The notes beneath the pieces are model-generated. The model was not told the origin of the DNA, did no database searches, and was given only the letters and a program-made list of their open reading frames with translations. This document shows positions 1 to 9,844 of a stretch of 64,000 bases of DNA, in pieces (positions within the stretch are counted from its first letter, which is position 1; each line of letters opens with the position of its first letter). The stretch comes from Methanobacteriota archaeon (GTDB lineage: Archaea; Thermoplasmatota; Poseidoniia; Poseidoniales; Thalassarchaeaceae): the NCBI GenBank assembly GCA_014240285.1, contig JAAZXI010000001.1:15593-79592 (forward strand). Direction: 5' to 3'. A program made the translations under genes and the position numbers.

Positions 1-1242
1 GCCAACGATTGCAATCCCAAAGGCCCCTCCAACTTCCCTACTCGCATCGTTCGTCGCACTGCCCACTCCTGCCTTGTCATGTGGTATGGAATCCATCACC
101 ATGGTCGTCGACGGGGCCATCGTGAGGCCCATTCCCATCCCGGTCAGCAAGAATATCAGAGCCAGAACGACGTAGTCCGTGTCGACCTCTACGGTCGTGA
201 AGATTAGCATCGCCGTGCCAACCAGAGTGAGCCCGACGGCGACCACGTTGTTGCTACCGAACTTCTCACAGAGACGGTCGCTAAGAGCAGCCGCTGGCAT
301 CAGCCCCACAGGCAGTGGCAGGAAGTGCAGAGCCGCATCAAAGGCACCGAGGTCGCGGACCAGTTGGAAGTGAAGCATTTGGGTGAACATGAACGAGAAC
401 ATCACGAAGAAGGCTAGGCTGATGGCGATCAGACCCAGAGCGAAACCCCGGTCCCGGAAGAACTCAATGGGCAGCATTGGGTGCTCCACCCGTCTCTCCC
501 ATCGCACGAACAGGAAAGCGAGAATCAGACCCATTGTCCCAAGGCCCACGACCTCATTACTGGTCCACCCGGCGCTTGGCCCCTCTATGATGGCGTACAG
601 TATCGAGCCTAGCGCACCGACTGATAGCGCGGCTCCGACAGGATCCATAGGAGTCTCCTTCTCGTCGCGTGAGTTGGGCACCAGTAGCATACACAGAGCC
701 ATAGCTAGAGCGATTATCGGGGGGTTAATCCAGAAGACCATCCTCCAGTCGAAGTTCTCCACCGCCCATCCCCCTACCAGCAGGCCGATGGGCGCACCTA
801 TCCCGGCCATGCCGACCCAGATACCGACCGCCTTACCCCTCTCCTCTGGGGGGAACACCACGACGATGATCGACAGGGTGGCCGGCATCACCAGAGCCGC
901 TCCTAGCCCCATCAGAGCTCTAGCTCCGATCACATGATCAGATGTCGTGGCATACTGGGCGGTTAGTGCGGAAACCAGCCCCACCACTGCTAGACCCATC
1001 ATCAGAGCCGGCTTGCGCCCGAAACGATCCCCTACGGCTCCCATAACCAGCAACATCCCACCGAACACCACGACGTATGCATCCATAATCCACTGGAGTT
1101 CGGTATTGTCCGCCCCCAAATCCTTTGAGAGCTCGGGTAAAGCCACATTGACGGTGACGTTATTCAGCAGGGTGATTACTAGGCTCAGACTCATCACAGC
1201 GAGGATCTGCCATCGCCGCTCGTGCACCTTCTGCGTGTCCAT
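1..1242 (-). CDS. DHA2-family (EmrB/QacA-like) MFS transporter, 3' end outside window
   Basis: Manual translation from ATG at 1242: MDTQKVHERRWQILAVMSLSLVITLLNNVTVNVALPELSKDLG...LQWIMDAY...GAVGDRFGRK (MFS motifs D1 and A); the frame is open to the window edge. Confidence 0.9.
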   Translation of the reverse strand, partial: MDTQKVHERRWQILAVMSLSLVITLLNNVTVNVALPELSKDLGADNTELQWIMDAYVVVFGGMLLVMGAVGDRFGRKPALMMGLAVVGLVSALTAQYATTSDHVIGARALMGLGAALVMPATLSIIVVVFPPEERGKAVGIWVGMAGIGAPIGLLVGGWAVENFDWRMVFWINPPIIALAMALCMLLVPNSRDEKETPMDPVGAALSVGALGSILYAIIEGPSAGWTSNEVVGLGTMGLILAFLFVRWERRVEHPMLPIEFFRDRGFALGLIAISLAFFVMFSFMFTQMLHFQLVRDLGAFDAALHFLPLPVGLMPAAALSDRLCEKFGSNNVVAVGLTLVGTAMLIFTTVEVDTDYVVLALIFLLTGMGMGLTMAPSTTMVMDSIPHDKAGVGSATNDASREVGGAFGIAIVG

Positions 1243-1320
1243 GGCCTATGCAACAACAGGCGACACATGAATGCACAGGCCGTGAGTAGGATTGATGACG
1301 GTCGAGGCGGAGCGGAGCAC

Positions 1321-1836
1321 ATGAGCCTGCCCCGGTCCTCGATGAACATGATGGGTTTCGCCGTCTGCTGCCTATGCTGCGACGAGCCTGATGTCGCCGG
1401 CTCGGAGCGCTGTCGCTCATGTATAGCGTCGCATGCCAAGACGAGGGAGAGACTCTCAACTCAGGCCACATCTAAGGCAGACAGACTGTCGAGGGAACTC
1501 GTAATCATGCTCTCCAATCCTGCCAATCACACTGAGGACTCGTTGCACGGAGAGATGATGATCCACTACACCGCACTCATCAATGCGCATCAGGGCAAGG
1601 CCCCTGCCAAGACCATAGAGGAAATTGTCGCAGTGTTCGAGAAGCAGAAGAACAAGAGACAGAAATCTCTGATTCGTGATGTCGCCAATAACAACGAGTG
1701 GCACGATGTGGAACTCAGTGCAGACCAGAGAGAGGAGATGTTGGCAAAGATTACCGGTGAGAGACCCAAGCACATGCCATCTTGGGATGAGCTTCTTTCC
1801 GAGGTTGAAAAACTCCTGGAAGAGGATGAGAGATGA
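1321..1836 (+). CDS. hypothetical protein with N-terminal Cys cluster (possible Zn-binding)
   Basis: CCLCC...RCRSC followed by a charged helical region; ATGA overlap with the next gene; start codon uncertain. Confidence 0.7.
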   Translation: MSLPRSSMNMMGFAVCCLCCDEPDVAGSERCRSCIASHAKTRERLSTQATSKADRLSRELVIMLSNPANHTEDSLHGEMMIHYTALINAHQGKAPAKTIEEIVAVFEKQKNKRQKSLIRDVANNNEWHDVELSADQREEMLAKITGERPKHMPSWDELLSEVEKLLEEDER

Positions 1837-2669
1837 GTGGCGAGAGGGACCCGAGGGCCCACTGGCTCGATGACGACCCATTCGAAAAGAAGACCCCTCC
1901 TGGCAGCCACAGCGCCGCTCGCGATGACGGGAACTGGCGCCAGCCGCATATTCGGGTGGTTCACGCGTCCGGCTCAGGCGCGCCTTTCATGAGGATTTTT
2001 GGTGTCGAAGAGCAGGCCAGACCCATCCCGGTTCACACCGGTTCCATCTGGCACTTTTCAAAGACCGAGATTAGCCATCTAACTCAGGCCACACTGGCCT
2101 TCTCTCTAGCACTGGCTTTCATGTCAGTTGGTGGGATAATGGGGGCCCTGAATAGTCCCCTCATTTTCATTGTAGGCGGCATTGTGTATGCCATTGCAAT
2201 AGCACCGGCATTCCTAGTTCATGAGACAGCTCACAAAGTGGTTGCACGAAAATATGGTTGCTGGGCGGAGTTCAGAGCCTCACCAGGAGGACTCAGATTT
2301 GGCATATTCATAGCAGCCCTGACAGGAATAGTATTCATGGCTCCAGGAGCAGTGATGGTGGCAGGAAATACAACTCGATCCCAGTTCGGCAAAATAGCCC
2401 TCGCAGGCCCCATTTCCAATGTTGCTCTATGGGGGCTGGGTCTAGGGGCAATACTCTTGGGGGCGGCAAATAGTACGCTTGGGGGGTTGATTCTTGTTCC
2501 CTGGCTTTGGGGGAATGCCATTTTGGGGCTGTTCAATATGTTGCCGTTCGGTCCATTGGATGGGAAGAAGATTCGAACATGGTCGGTCCCGATTTTCTGG
2601 ATCTGGCTGATTATTTGTGTGAGTATGGTATGGTTCAATTTCACACAACTCAACGCTTTCCTTGGTTAA
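1833..2669 (+). CDS. site-2 protease family (M50) membrane metalloprotease
   Basis: HETAH (HExxH), LAGP and FNMLPFGPLDG motifs within transmembrane segments. Confidence 0.9.
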   Translation: MSGERDPRAHWLDDDPFEKKTPPGSHSAARDDGNWRQPHIRVVHASGSGAPFMRIFGVEEQARPIPVHTGSIWHFSKTEISHLTQATLAFSLALAFMSVGGIMGALNSPLIFIVGGIVYAIAIAPAFLVHETAHKVVARKYGCWAEFRASPGGLRFGIFIAALTGIVFMAPGAVMVAGNTTRSQFGKIALAGPISNVALWGLGLGAILLGAANSTLGGLILVPWLWGNAILGLFNMLPFGPLDGKKIRTWSVPIFWIWLIICVSMVWFNFTQLNAFLG

Positions 2670-2953
2670 ATGGCATCTTCAAAAGTGTCTGGGCTGAGAA
2701 CCTCTTCAGCATCATCACGGGCCGAGAAGCCCACAAATCTCGCTAGAGCAGAACCCGACAGAGAGTCAACAAACCCTCCTAGAAATACCTTGGAGAGAAC
2801 TTCGTCCTTGGAGCCCTTTTGGGACATTCGCTTGAGCTTGCGCAACTGGTAGGCCACAGAGGGTTGACTCACACCAATCTCTTCAGCAATCTCTCGCTGA
2901 CTGTAGCCCAATGCGCGCATTTTGGCGATGGTGGCGAGTTTACCTGGTTCCAT
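2666..2953 (-). CDS. small helix-turn-helix protein
   Basis: GYSQREIAEEIGVSQPSVAYQLRKL is an HTH signature. Confidence 0.85.
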   Translation of the reverse strand: MEPGKLATIAKMRALGYSQREIAEEIGVSQPSVAYQLRKLKRMSQKGSKDEVLSKVFLGGFVDSLSGSALARFVGFSARDDAEEVLSPDTFEDAI

Positions 2954-3022
2954 GAAGTGTGGAAAACCGCCATTTTATTGAATGTGCCTATCAATGATAG
3001 GAATAAGCCCGCAGTTATTCGA

Positions 3023-4750
3023 TTACTCAATAGCATTCAGCACAGGCTTCTCATCGCAGTGGAAGAAGGTCATCAGTGCCCACCAAGTAATCATATCAAG
3101 GCTGTTTACGAGATTCGAGACACCCGTGTTTTCCTCCCCGTAGTCCTTGCCGGTGGTGTCCATCCAATCCTCCATCTCATCCAGAGTGTCACAGGTCTGG
3201 TGGTAACACCAGTAGCCGTCGACCAGCCCTCCGAAACCCACAGTGACGGTGCCGAGGTTGTCCTGAAAGCTTGCATGATCACTCCTCGCAGTGGTGTCCT
3301 CGTAGACAATAATCTCAGGTCTGTCCATATCCATCCAGACATCAGTCTTCCATGTGTCTGCCGTGTAGTTCAACCCGACCAGTGTACCCATCTGCTCTTC
3401 AAGTCCGAGAGCATCTCCTCCTATCCATTGAGACAGCCCTACCATCCCTGGCTGGTCTAGACGGTCGTGGTTAGGTCCGGGGCCAATGTAAACCCGCATC
3501 GGCCAAACCTCGGAGTCCTTTGGGTAACCGTCCTCGTCGATTTGTGGGTCAGGATCTCCATGCGGTGCCCCACCCCCGCCGGGCCAGTTCACTCCAGCCA
3601 TGTCGAGATTGATGTAATTCGTGACCGTGACTTCAGGATGATCTTCCTTGACGTAATACTCTGTCCAGTAATCGGAACCACGCTTACCCCCCTCCTCTCC
3701 AGACCACAGGCAGAACACCATCGTCCGGCGCGACTCGAATCCAGCTAGGACCTTTGCAGTCTCCAAAACCATCGAGGTACCTGCTGTGTTGTCATAGGCA
3801 CCCACACGCGTGCCATAGGTTCTCGAGCCGGTTGTGTGTGGATCGAGTATGACGGCGTTGGCAGGCGGTGCAATATCGAAGTGTGCTCCGAATACCAACC
3901 ATTCATTGGGCGTCTCGGAACCCCATTTGTACGCGCAGACGTTGTACGCCTCAGGATTTTGAATGTTGAAGATGTCAGTAAACTCGAAGCGATGAGTCAT
4001 CACCTCTAATCCGAATGAATCTAATTCGGAAATGAGGTATTGAGCCGCATCCTCGTAGGCCGGGTTGCCCTGTCCGGCCCACCTGTCCCAGTAGCCGGAG
4101 CGGCCGTCTACGTCGAGAGCTAGGCTCGGGTCAGTGATTTCGTGCAGCCTGTCGTACACTATCCTACCATGCAGTAACCCACTGGAATGTGCACCACCCT
4201 GGTCAAGTCCTATGGTCTCTGGTCTGAGGGAGTCAACGGTCTTGGTTGAGACACGCCCACCCTGCTCGCTACTGTGGTTGACAGTGTCGAGTGTCGAGTT
4301 CTCATCATGGGCAACGCGCATCACACCGTTACCATCTTTCCCAGCGTCCCCTCCTCTCATCAACCAACTCATCCAGGACTCGCTGGCATCACGTGCAGGC
4401 CAATGCTCCCGCCCTCTTACTCCAACCATCAGTAGAACGCTATCTATCCTCGGCGGCGCGAGCAGTTCCAGGGTGACACTTGATCCGGAGGAGAGGTCAA
4501 TCACGGTTGAGTTCTGCACGTATCCAGTTGCTGGGTCGATGACCAAATATGGGACATAGACCGACATGGCGGCCTTGGCACTGAGTTCGACCTGCTGGAA
4601 TACTCCTGCCTCTAAGACCTCAGGATTAACGCTTAGACTAGATGCGTTCGCCGGACTCTCTTCTTCGGGGAATATGCACCCACCGAGCGGCGCTGAGACC
4701 ATCACAGCGACCAGCAGGAAGGCGATTCCACTTCGCGAGCGCACGCCCAT
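3023..4750 (-). CDS. M28 family metallopeptidase, probable lipoprotein
   Basis: Signal peptide ending LGGC; GAHFD, GAYDNTAG, GEEGG, NLDM, SDH and YHQTCD M28 motifs. Confidence 0.9.
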   Translation of the reverse strand: MGVRSRSGIAFLLVAVMVSAPLGGCIFPEEESPANASSLSVNPEVLEAGVFQQVELSAKAAMSVYVPYLVIDPATGYVQNSTVIDLSSGSSVTLELLAPPRIDSVLLMVGVRGREHWPARDASESWMSWLMRGGDAGKDGNGVMRVAHDENSTLDTVNHSSEQGGRVSTKTVDSLRPETIGLDQGGAHSSGLLHGRIVYDRLHEITDPSLALDVDGRSGYWDRWAGQGNPAYEDAAQYLISELDSFGLEVMTHRFEFTDIFNIQNPEAYNVCAYKWGSETPNEWLVFGAHFDIAPPANAVILDPHTTGSRTYGTRVGAYDNTAGTSMVLETAKVLAGFESRRTMVFCLWSGEEGGKRGSDYWTEYYVKEDHPEVTVTNYINLDMAGVNWPGGGGAPHGDPDPQIDEDGYPKDSEVWPMRVYIGPGPNHDRLDQPGMVGLSQWIGGDALGLEEQMGTLVGLNYTADTWKTDVWMDMDRPEIIVYEDTTARSDHASFQDNLGTVTVGFGGLVDGYWCYHQTCDTLDEMEDWMDTTGKDYGEENTGVSNLVNSLDMITWWALMTFFHCDEKPVLNAIE

Positions 4751-4781
4751 GCGAGCGACGGCTTCGTGTTCAATGCCTCGG

Positions 4782-5477
4782 TCAGACTGACGGAGGCATC
4801 TGTATCTGAGTCGCTTCCTTCGGATCTTTCAGCACGAGGGCCAGAATGCCTCCAAGAAGTAGGAAGCAGACACCACAGCCGGAAAGACCCACTCCACCCA
4901 GAATCCCCATAACGCCACCTAAACCCCCGGTAACGCCTTCAACTAACTTCCCGAGAAGGTAATCATCGTTCGTAACCGAAACCTCCACATTCGACTCGAA
5001 TTCCATCGGTCCCGCGTAGCAAGCAAGGCAAGCTCTTCCCACTTTGATTAGACCTTCACCTTCTCTGTCACGATTCACGTTTTCTTCATCTGCCTCGCAC
5101 CCATCATACCACTCATTGACCTCGTAGTAGAATGAGCCATTTAGTTCTCGAGCATCTTCTCCGAACCACTCATCATCACTGATTTCAGGGTGTGATAGTA
5201 TGGTGATGTTTGTCGCTGCACAGTGGTCCCACCTTCCATCTCCATCCTCATCGAGGTACTCACCCTCAATCCAGAAGGTGAAACCCAGATCTCCCTTCCC
5301 GTCTTCGTCTGTCACATTGACCGTGCCTGAGTTAGCGTTCTCGATGGCAAAGTCATCCAAATCTTCGAATGAGTCTCCTACTTCTTCTAGGGTTTTTCCA
5401 CCCGAATTCGCCATCACAAGCCCGAGTACTAGAAACAATACTCCGAGCCCAAGGAATACCTTTCCAGCTACATGCAT
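4782..5477 (-). CDS. membrane protein with acidic extracellular domain
   Basis: N-terminal TM helix, Asp/Glu-rich middle with DEDGDGRWD (Ca-binding-like), C-terminal Gly-rich TM segments. Confidence 0.75.
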   Translation of the reverse strand: MHVAGKVFLGLGVLFLVLGLVMANSGGKTLEEVGDSFEDLDDFAIENANSGTVNVTDEDGKGDLGFTFWIEGEYLDEDGDGRWDHCAATNITILSHPEISDDEWFGEDARELNGSFYYEVNEWYDGCEADEENVNRDREGEGLIKVGRACLACYAGPMEFESNVEVSVTNDDYLLGKLVEGVTGGLGGVMGILGGVGLSGCGVCFLLLGGILALVLKDPKEATQIQMPPSV

Positions 5478-5521
5478 TAGTTACTGCTGGGGGGCTAGTC
5501 CCCTTCAGCATTGGGCCTGCG

Positions 5522-6319
5522 TCACCGGTTGAATACGGATAGGCAGGTCAGAGAACCATCGGCTTGCCTGATAGCGTCCATGTCGACACTGGTGATTGAG
5601 AAGCCAGCATCCAGCATGACCTGCCTCGTGGAGGCGTATCCGTCAGCGATGATCACGCGGTCACCCGAGTAGCCGATGGTGTTGGCCGCGTACGAGTCTG
5701 AGTTAGGGACCCACAGTATCTCTTCTGCCAGATGACCTATTTGTTTTGGAGTCAGGTGCCCCTCAGCTGCGAGCAGTGTACCCTCACGGGGTGAGGAGCA
5801 TACAGTGGTCAGGTGCAGTGTCGAGGAGGGGATATTGATGAGCTCCACATCGAAACCTTCCTCTCTGACCTGTTCAGTCAGAAAGGCCGCTCCAGCCTGA
5901 TTTGTGCGGGTTGAAACCCCAATCAGGTAACGGTCGTCGAAGAACACAACATCACCTCCGTCGAGGGTTGCGCCCTTTGGCATCCTGAGGATGTTGGAGC
6001 CTTCAGAGAGGTACTCGGCCACGGCCTCTTCCTCCCCCCTTCGGCTGGGCGCACCTAGATTGCTGATCAGAGCGACTCCGTCAATCATTACAGCGCAGTC
6101 CTCGACGAAGCAGCAGTCAGGATGAGTATCCAAGGCGTCTAGGACCTCAACATCCGTGCCATGCGCTCGGAGTGCCATCACGTACGCATCGTGGGAGCCC
6201 TGTGCGGCCACAGGATCGGGGGTTTGTGTGCCGAAATACTTTGATAAAGCTCTGTCAAAATTTGGGGAAACACGCCTCACAACAGCCGCGCGGCGACTTC
6301 TGTCGTAGGCTCCAGGCAC
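5522..6319 (-). CDS. dimethylarginine dimethylaminohydrolase / amidinotransferase-superfamily enzyme
   Basis: HPDCCFVED, SRRGE, LDGGD, LHL and DGSLTCLS (catalytic Cys) motifs; GTG start at 6319 chosen from promoter spacing. Confidence 0.88.
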   Translation of the reverse strand: MPGAYDRSRRAAVVRRVSPNFDRALSKYFGTQTPDPVAAQGSHDAYVMALRAHGTDVEVLDALDTHPDCCFVEDCAVMIDGVALISNLGAPSRRGEEEAVAEYLSEGSNILRMPKGATLDGGDVVFFDDRYLIGVSTRTNQAGAAFLTEQVREEGFDVELINIPSSTLHLTTVCSSPREGTLLAAEGHLTPKQIGHLAEEILWVPNSDSYAANTIGYSGDRVIIADGYASTRQVMLDAGFSITSVDMDAIRQADGSLTCLSVFNR

Positions 6320-6430
6320 GGCAGGCCGTCCGACCAATCTCTCTTGAACGATTCGGAATCCGGGAACCCCCTTCCGAAATCAGGAATTCAGGAACGAGGC
6401 ATTATGGACGGTTTCGCACCGCTTACAGGC

Positions 6431-6850
6431 ATGGACCTGGTCGATAAGACCGACGAGTCTGGAAAGCACATCAGCCCAGGATTGCCTGAGGGGATGAAAA
6501 ATTACCTCGTCGACATTGATGGCACTGTCGGCGAGGACGTACCCAATGAGGAAGCCCACAGAATGTCCTCCGCAGAGGCCTACCCGGATGCTATCGAGAC
6601 AATCAATGGCTGGTACGACGAGGGTCACCGGATATGCTTCTTCACGGCTAGGGTCGAGGAGCATCGAGAGGTCACCGAGGCCTGGCTGGCCGAGAAGGGG
6701 TTCCACTACCACACCTTACTGATGGGCAAACCAAGGGGAGGTAACTACCATTGGATAGACAACCACGTAGTACGGGCCACCCGTTATTCTTCGAGGTTCA
6801 CTGACCTCATCAAACGCAAGGTCGAAATCGAGGTCTTCGATGACGAGTGA
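6431..6850 (+). CDS. small HAD-superfamily phosphatase-like protein
   Basis: VDIDGT (motif I), FTAR (motif II), GKP, WIDN. Confidence 0.8.
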   Translation: MDLVDKTDESGKHISPGLPEGMKNYLVDIDGTVGEDVPNEEAHRMSSAEAYPDAIETINGWYDEGHRICFFTARVEEHREVTEAWLAEKGFHYHTLLMGKPRGGNYHWIDNHVVRATRYSSRFTDLIKRKVEIEVFDDE

Positions 6851-8114
6851 TCCCCTGACTCCGCTGGACGAGCTTCTCAAACAACGTGAAGCGCATCTCG
6901 GAAAGGCCCTCTCCATCGCTCATGGAAAGCCCCTTCACATTACTCACGGACGCATGCAGTACTTGTTCGCTGCAGACGGCACTCGATACCTAGATCTCGT
7001 GAACAATGTATGCCATGTTGGCCACTCGAACCCCAGAGTAGTCGAGGCGGGCCAGCGTCAGATGGCTTTACTGAACACTAACACCAGATACGTCTACGAC
7101 GGCCTCACCGAGTATCTCGGCAGGCTCGCAGCAACCCTCCCCGAGAGGCTCTGCGTTGGTTTCCTAGTCAATTCAGGCAGCGAGGCCAACGAGTTGGCTG
7201 TACGTATAGCACGCGCACATACGGGTGCCCACGATATGGTGGTGGTCGAAGGCGCCTATCATGGGCACACAGGGATGCTAATCGAACTCAGTCCGTACAA
7301 ATTCAGGGGGCCGGGTGGAAAGGGGGAGCCCGAGCCATGGGTACATGTGGTTCCAATTCCGGACACCTACAGGGGTGTCGAGCGAGACTACGCAGCCGAG
7401 TTGGGTGAAATTGTAGCCGACGCTGCCCCGATTGCTGGCTTCCTAGTTGAGTCGATGCTGTCGTGCGCCGGACAAATACCGCTACCGTCCGATTACCTTC
7501 CAGCAGCTTTCGAACACGTTCGTGCAGCAGGTGGGTTGTGCATAGCCGACGAAGTCCAAGTCGGATTCGGTAGAGTTGGCACACATATGTGGGCCTTCGA
7601 GGAGCATGGGGTGGTGCCCGACATCGTGGTGATGGGCAAGCCGATGGGAAACGGACATCCGATGGCTGCGGTGTTCACAACACCTGAGATAGCAGCCTCG
7701 TTCGGGGAGATGGAATTCTTCTCGACCTTCGGTGGCAATCCCGTGTCATGCGCTGTCGGGATGGCAGTGCTCGATGCCATCGAGGAGGATGGGCTAATGC
7801 AGCGTGCCACAGAGTTGGGAGGACGTTTCATGGCAGGGCTCCGTGAGTTGCAAAAACGTCATTCAATCATCGGCGATGTCAGAGGGAGAGGACTGTTCCT
7901 CGGAATCGAGTTGGTGCGCGACCGCGAAACACAGGAGCCAGCCACCGAAGAAACAGCTAGTATTGTCGATGAGATGCGAGACAGAAATGTACTACTGAGC
8001 ACTGACGGACCGCATCACAATGTCATCAAAATCAAGCCGCCTATGGTACTCTCCAAGGAAGATGTCGACACAACTCTGCACTTACTAAACGAATCCCTCA
8101 ATCAGTCTCTTTGA
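6840..8114 (+). CDS. class III PLP aminotransferase, AGXT2/ETNPPL/PHYKPL-like
   Basis: YLDLVNNVCHVGH, NSGSEAN, IADEVQVGFGR, MGKPMGNG (PLP Lys), STFGGNP. Confidence 0.9.
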   Translation: MTSDPLTPLDELLKQREAHLGKALSIAHGKPLHITHGRMQYLFAADGTRYLDLVNNVCHVGHSNPRVVEAGQRQMALLNTNTRYVYDGLTEYLGRLAATLPERLCVGFLVNSGSEANELAVRIARAHTGAHDMVVVEGAYHGHTGMLIELSPYKFRGPGGKGEPEPWVHVVPIPDTYRGVERDYAAELGEIVADAAPIAGFLVESMLSCAGQIPLPSDYLPAAFEHVRAAGGLCIADEVQVGFGRVGTHMWAFEEHGVVPDIVVMGKPMGNGHPMAAVFTTPEIAASFGEMEFFSTFGGNPVSCAVGMAVLDAIEEDGLMQRATELGGRFMAGLRELQKRHSIIGDVRGRGLFLGIELVRDRETQEPATEETASIVDEMRDRNVLLSTDGPHHNVIKIKPPMVLSKEDVDTTLHLLNESLNQSL

Positions 8115-8140
8115 AATAGGGCGGGCTAGGCGGCCCGCCC

Positions 8141-8767
8141 ATGGATTTCACCGCCTTCACACTAGTCTGCATCCCACTCTTGGTTGTGGTCAACCCTCCC
8201 GCTTCTCTCGCACTCTTCCTAACCTTAGGAAAGGATCTCGATAGGAGTGAATTGCGGACAATAGCTCGGCGTGCTTGCACATTTGCTGCTGTGGTCCTGA
8301 TGGTTTTCCTAGTATCTGGAGAAGACCTCCTTCATCACTTGGGAATAGAACTCTACAGTCTCCGTGTTGCTGGCGGTCTGATGCTCGGTATAGCAGGAAT
8401 CAATATGCTCAAAGAAGGGCAAAAACTCTCTAAGAAACAATTCTCACTTGATTCAGGAGACGAGATCTCAACTGATGAATTGATTGATTTCGGACTAGTA
8501 CCTATAGGAATGCCAATGCTCGCTGGCCCTGGTTCGATTAGTCTGATTATTCTCCTAGGAACTACCAACAGTGCACCGATGGTAGCGGGGGCAATCCTTC
8601 TAGTGATGCTGGTATCAATGCTGATATTCTATGTTGTTTCCAGCATGCAGCACGCCATAGGTGAGAACAGCACTAGAGTAATCACGCGTGTGATGGGCTT
8701 GCTCACGGTTACCATCGCAGTGCAGTACTTCTTCGATGGGTTAGAGGGCTGGTACCTCACACTTTGA
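8141..8767 (+). CDS. MarC family membrane protein
   Basis: VVNP, VAGG, LVPIGMPMLAGPGSI and ITRVMGLL motifs. Confidence 0.9.
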   Translation: MDFTAFTLVCIPLLVVVNPPASLALFLTLGKDLDRSELRTIARRACTFAAVVLMVFLVSGEDLLHHLGIELYSLRVAGGLMLGIAGINMLKEGQKLSKKQFSLDSGDEISTDELIDFGLVPIGMPMLAGPGSISLIILLGTTNSAPMVAGAILLVMLVSMLIFYVVSSMQHAIGENSTRVITRVMGLLTVTIAVQYFFDGLEGWYLTL

Positions 8768-8844
8768 TGGTGGACGTAGCGAGATTTGAACTCGCGGCCT
8801 CTTCGTTGCGAACGAAGCGATCTTCCAGGCTGATCTATACGCCC
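8768..8844 (-). tRNA. tRNA-Ala(CGC)
   Basis: Reverse complement GGGCGTATAGATCAGCCTGGAAGATCGCTTCGTTCGCAACGAAGAGGCCGCGAGTTCAAATCTCGCTACGTCCACCA folds as a cloverleaf with G3:U70, anticodon CGC and encoded CCA. Confidence 0.96.
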
Positions 8845-8908
8845 TCGGTTCTATTCGCAGCCCGCCCGGCTTTAGTATTCACTAGCCTTATTTTCACCGT
8901 TCAGATTT

Positions 8909-9796
8909 CTAATCGGTTTTGACTCGATACGCAAATGGCACAGTCGAACCATATTTCACAAATTCATTGCTCGATGGATGCAAGAAACCGAGCGAAGTTG
9001 CATGTAAACAGATTCGGTTTAGAGGGTTCATTGTGGCCCCATGTACTATGTCGCCAACCACCGGACAGCCTAGAAATTGCATCGCCATTCGTATTTGGTG
9101 TCGGCGCCCAGTCTCTATTTTGATTTCAATCAAAGATACAAATTCATCTTGATCTTCAACTCGCCAATGCGTGATGGATTCTTTCGATCCTTTGAAGGTT
9201 GATTTGACACGTTTAACGTGCAGATGTTTGTCTTCCACAAGCCAAGATGAATCTATCCCTTCAGAATTTTTAGGTCTTCCCTCCACAAGGGCATGGTAGA
9301 CACGTTCTACATCACGTTGAGCAAATTGAGTCTGCAGAATTTCTTTAATTTCGTGATTTTTAGCAAATACCATGACCCCAGATGTATCACGGTCCAATCG
9401 ATGCACGATGTGGCACCATGCTCGCTCTGATTGGCGCTTTACATAATCCACACAGCGACTGTGTAGGGTATCATCCTCAAGCTTGTCTGTGGCGACAGAA
9501 AGTAGACCTGCTGGTTTTTCTACAACTAAAATAAAATCATCCTCGAACAGAATTTTCAATTTAGAAAATTGCCTTTTTGGCTTTGGTGGAGGTGATTTTT
9601 CCACCGCATCCGCGTGATTGATAACCTGTATTTCGTCGCCACTAACGAGCAATTCTTTGGCCCTATAAACCGGTGTTCCATTGACCAAAACTCTACCCTC
9701 TGTCAGCATTTTCCTCAATTTGGTTTTCGTCGATTGGGGGAACATCAACGCCAATGTAGGGAGTAGAAAACTCCCTTCTTTGACATTGAATTCCAT
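8909..9796 (-). CDS. RluA/RluD family pseudouridine synthase with S4-like N-terminus
   Basis: VVEKPAGL, HRLDRDTSG (catalytic Asp), TGRRHQIR, LHA. Confidence 0.93.
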   Translation of the reverse strand: MEFNVKEGSFLLPTLALMFPQSTKTKLRKMLTEGRVLVNGTPVYRAKELLVSGDEIQVINHADAVEKSPPPKPKRQFSKLKILFEDDFILVVEKPAGLLSVATDKLEDDTLHSRCVDYVKRQSERAWCHIVHRLDRDTSGVMVFAKNHEIKEILQTQFAQRDVERVYHALVEGRPKNSEGIDSSWLVEDKHLHVKRVKSTFKGSKESITHWRVEDQDEFVSLIEIKIETGRRHQIRMAMQFLGCPVVGDIVHGATMNPLNRICLHATSLGFLHPSSNEFVKYGSTVPFAYRVKTD

Positions 9797-9844
9797 ATTG
9801 GGACCCCTCAGTCTGATTCTCAGGGCATCCGGCTTTAGCATTCA

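Noticed and set aside
179-1270. Plus-strand ORFs at the window start, and similar antisense ORFs throughout
   Set aside because: They are shadows of well-supported genes on the opposite strand in GC-rich DNA.
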